A stretch of 64,000 bases of DNA, taken from positions 33,976,001 through 34,040,000 of the forward strand of contig CM119373.1 in assembly GCA_051294905.1 (NCBI GenBank), in the 5' to 3' direction. Under the pieces are notes generated by a model. It had not been told where the DNA came from. It worked only from the letters and a program-made list of their open reading frames with translations, and did not search any database. This document shows positions 62,095 through 64,000 of this stretch, piece after piece (within the stretch, counting starts at the first letter, position 1; every line of letters begins with the position of its first letter). The translations under genes were made by a program, and so were the position numbers. This stretch comes from Botryllus schlosseri. Taxonomy: Eukaryota.

Positions 62095-63498
62095 CAGCGT
62101 TTCTCAACCGGGGGTCCGCGAAGCAATTTTAAGGGGTCCGCGGGACCTCTGAATTTTTAAAATGGTTGATAACCTAATTTTTATTTTATTTTTTAATTTG
62201 AGAAAGCATGAGGCAGTTTCGCACCACAACTGCTAAAACCTCATGACTCATATCATCATAATAATCGTCTGACATGGACTATCGTAGTGTGGAAACTCAT
62301 TTTCATTGCCAATTGTTCAATAACCTGCTGATACAAACATATTGCTGTTTGGTCCGTTTTGTTGGCGTTTGTGGAAAAAATAAAAATATGGAGATAGTAA
62401 CGCCAGTCAGGGTGACTTCGTAATGTCTGCGAAACCTTCTCGATTTGAAGTTGTCAGTCTCATCAAATTAGTGAACAGTCGTTTGAAATAAAATTTCTGA
62501 AGTATTTCCATAATTTGTCCCAATGCAGGGAACAGCTTCTTGGAGGTAGAGAGCTTTAATACACAATTGCATAGTATATTCATATTGAAATGAACCCGAA
62601 TATTTTCGGCTGACACTCGTAATAAATCGGACAATGATATACGTGCTCTTGAAGCTCGGCTATCAGATTTGGCTCATTCTTATTGCGGATGCCGTATCGA
62701 CAAGGCTGATGTTTTGATGAACAGGGAGTGTTTCGTTGCTATCAAAGCATTACGCTCCAACCCTGAAATTCATATCACCATTGTATGAAGCCTTGTCTTG
62801 TTAATGTTCAATTGTTCATGGTCGAAAATGTTTGCTCGTAAATATATATGTACAGAACAAGTCGTTTCATGACAGTCTTTCTCTGGTAGAAAAACTTGGA
62901 TCCATTCTTTGGAGCATAAAGTTTGTCTATAATACTTTTAGATGAGGATTTCACTTTGACGGTAGAAACTGTCTGCATGCCGATCTAAATGCCGTCGCGG
63001 GCTGAATCCGGCCCGCGGTCCGTATGTAGCCCATCCCTGCGCTAGATGCCGGACGTGATATGTTCATAAAATATGTGTTTCTTCATTTTGGTGCCATAAA
63101 TGTTGCGATCACACCAAAAGTATCGTCGGAAGCGTTATGCGTTAATATTGCATTAGCCTCCATCTATCTTTGTGGAAATGGTTTCGGCACTCCTCGTTCA
63201 TATCAAAACAAAGACGCAGATTATCAAGACACGACCCCGTAGCCTACTTCAAGAAATACAGCAACAAAATTAGCTATGAGATAAGAAAAGTTCACCAATT
63301 TCTAGATAAATAGTATGATGTTATCTTCAAGAAAACTCATTATTTTCTGTTTATCACACGCCTACAGTTCATATTTGCACAAGACAGACGACGGTTGTAC
63401 CATAATAGAGCTAAAATTGAACTAAAACTTGAGGGGGTCCGCGAGGGGCCGTGACGGTCAAAAGGGGTCCGCGAAGCCAAAAAGGTTGAGAACCACTG
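62095..63498. mobile_element. Complete non-autonomous hAT/Charlie element, 1404 bp
   Basis: TIR CAGCGTTTCTCAACC / GGTTGAGAACCACTG; perfect TSD CCTTATTG; empty sites at ~16130 and ~47050. Confidence 0.92.
62630..62779 (+). mobile_element. Penelope-like RT fragment (copy of 31750-31899)
   Basis: Same translated motif. Confidence 0.6.
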
Positions 63499-64000
63499 CC
63501 TTATTGGCATGTTCGAAAAATAACATATTATCTATATGTGCTGTTAAATTGCCCGTTTTTTCTTTCTGGCTGAATATGAGTTGCATATATCAAGATTATC
63601 ATCGCCATTATTCTATGATGCAATAATAAGTGTTACTCGAATACACACATTCAATTCCCAGTCTATTACTCAGGTACTAGATTTTCCCAAGCTCTACTAA
63701 CAATCATAGAACAAACTTCAAATTTTTCAAGCATCTGTATGATACATGCAGGCATACATGCAACACAGAGCGAGAAATAGAAAAATATAGTATGAAAATG
63801 CACAAGCAACATAAATTGACAGGCACACGTCGCTACAGAATTGGCTTGATCAATGACAAAACGGTACAGTGAAGTGAAGTAAAGTCGGCTGCATATCCTC
63901 AATCAGCTGATAAAGACTAGGGGAATATTGAGAACCGTGATATCAACCAGAGCCTTGTATCGCGAATAAGATGTTGCCAGCATCAATCAATTGACGTCAT

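Overview
AT-rich eukaryotic (animal-like) DNA, with no rRNA, tRNA or CRISPR array. The window is a single-orientation (all minus strand) tandem cluster of two gene families whose coding regions have no introns. One family encodes BTB-BACK-Kelch proteins (KLHL-like putative CUL3 adaptors): 10 copies in types called here A, B, C and D/E, of which 6 are intact or near-intact and 4 are disrupted. The other encodes 15-finger C2H2 zinc-finger-only proteins: 4 copies in types A and B, one a pseudogene. In transcription order the basic module is ZF gene -> homologous ~3-4.5 kb spacer -> Kelch gene (-> optional second Kelch of type D/E). Older duplications produced three module versions (A, B, C), and a younger ~31 kb tandem duplication left three copies of the whole set, each with different deletions and chimeric junctions. 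Spacers carry many hAT-family elements with clear TIRs and 8-bp TSDs (one with an in-frame-deleted Buster-type transposase), a pogo/Tc2-like element and Penelope-like fragments, one with an intact minimal hammerhead ribozyme motif. Main candidate novel system: a co-duplicating, type-matched ZF + Kelch adaptor cassette. Its ZF recognition helices and Kelch substrate-binding blades diversify while BTB/BACK is homogenised by gene conversion. All comparisons were made by eye, and uncollapsed haplotypes in the assembly cannot be excluded.
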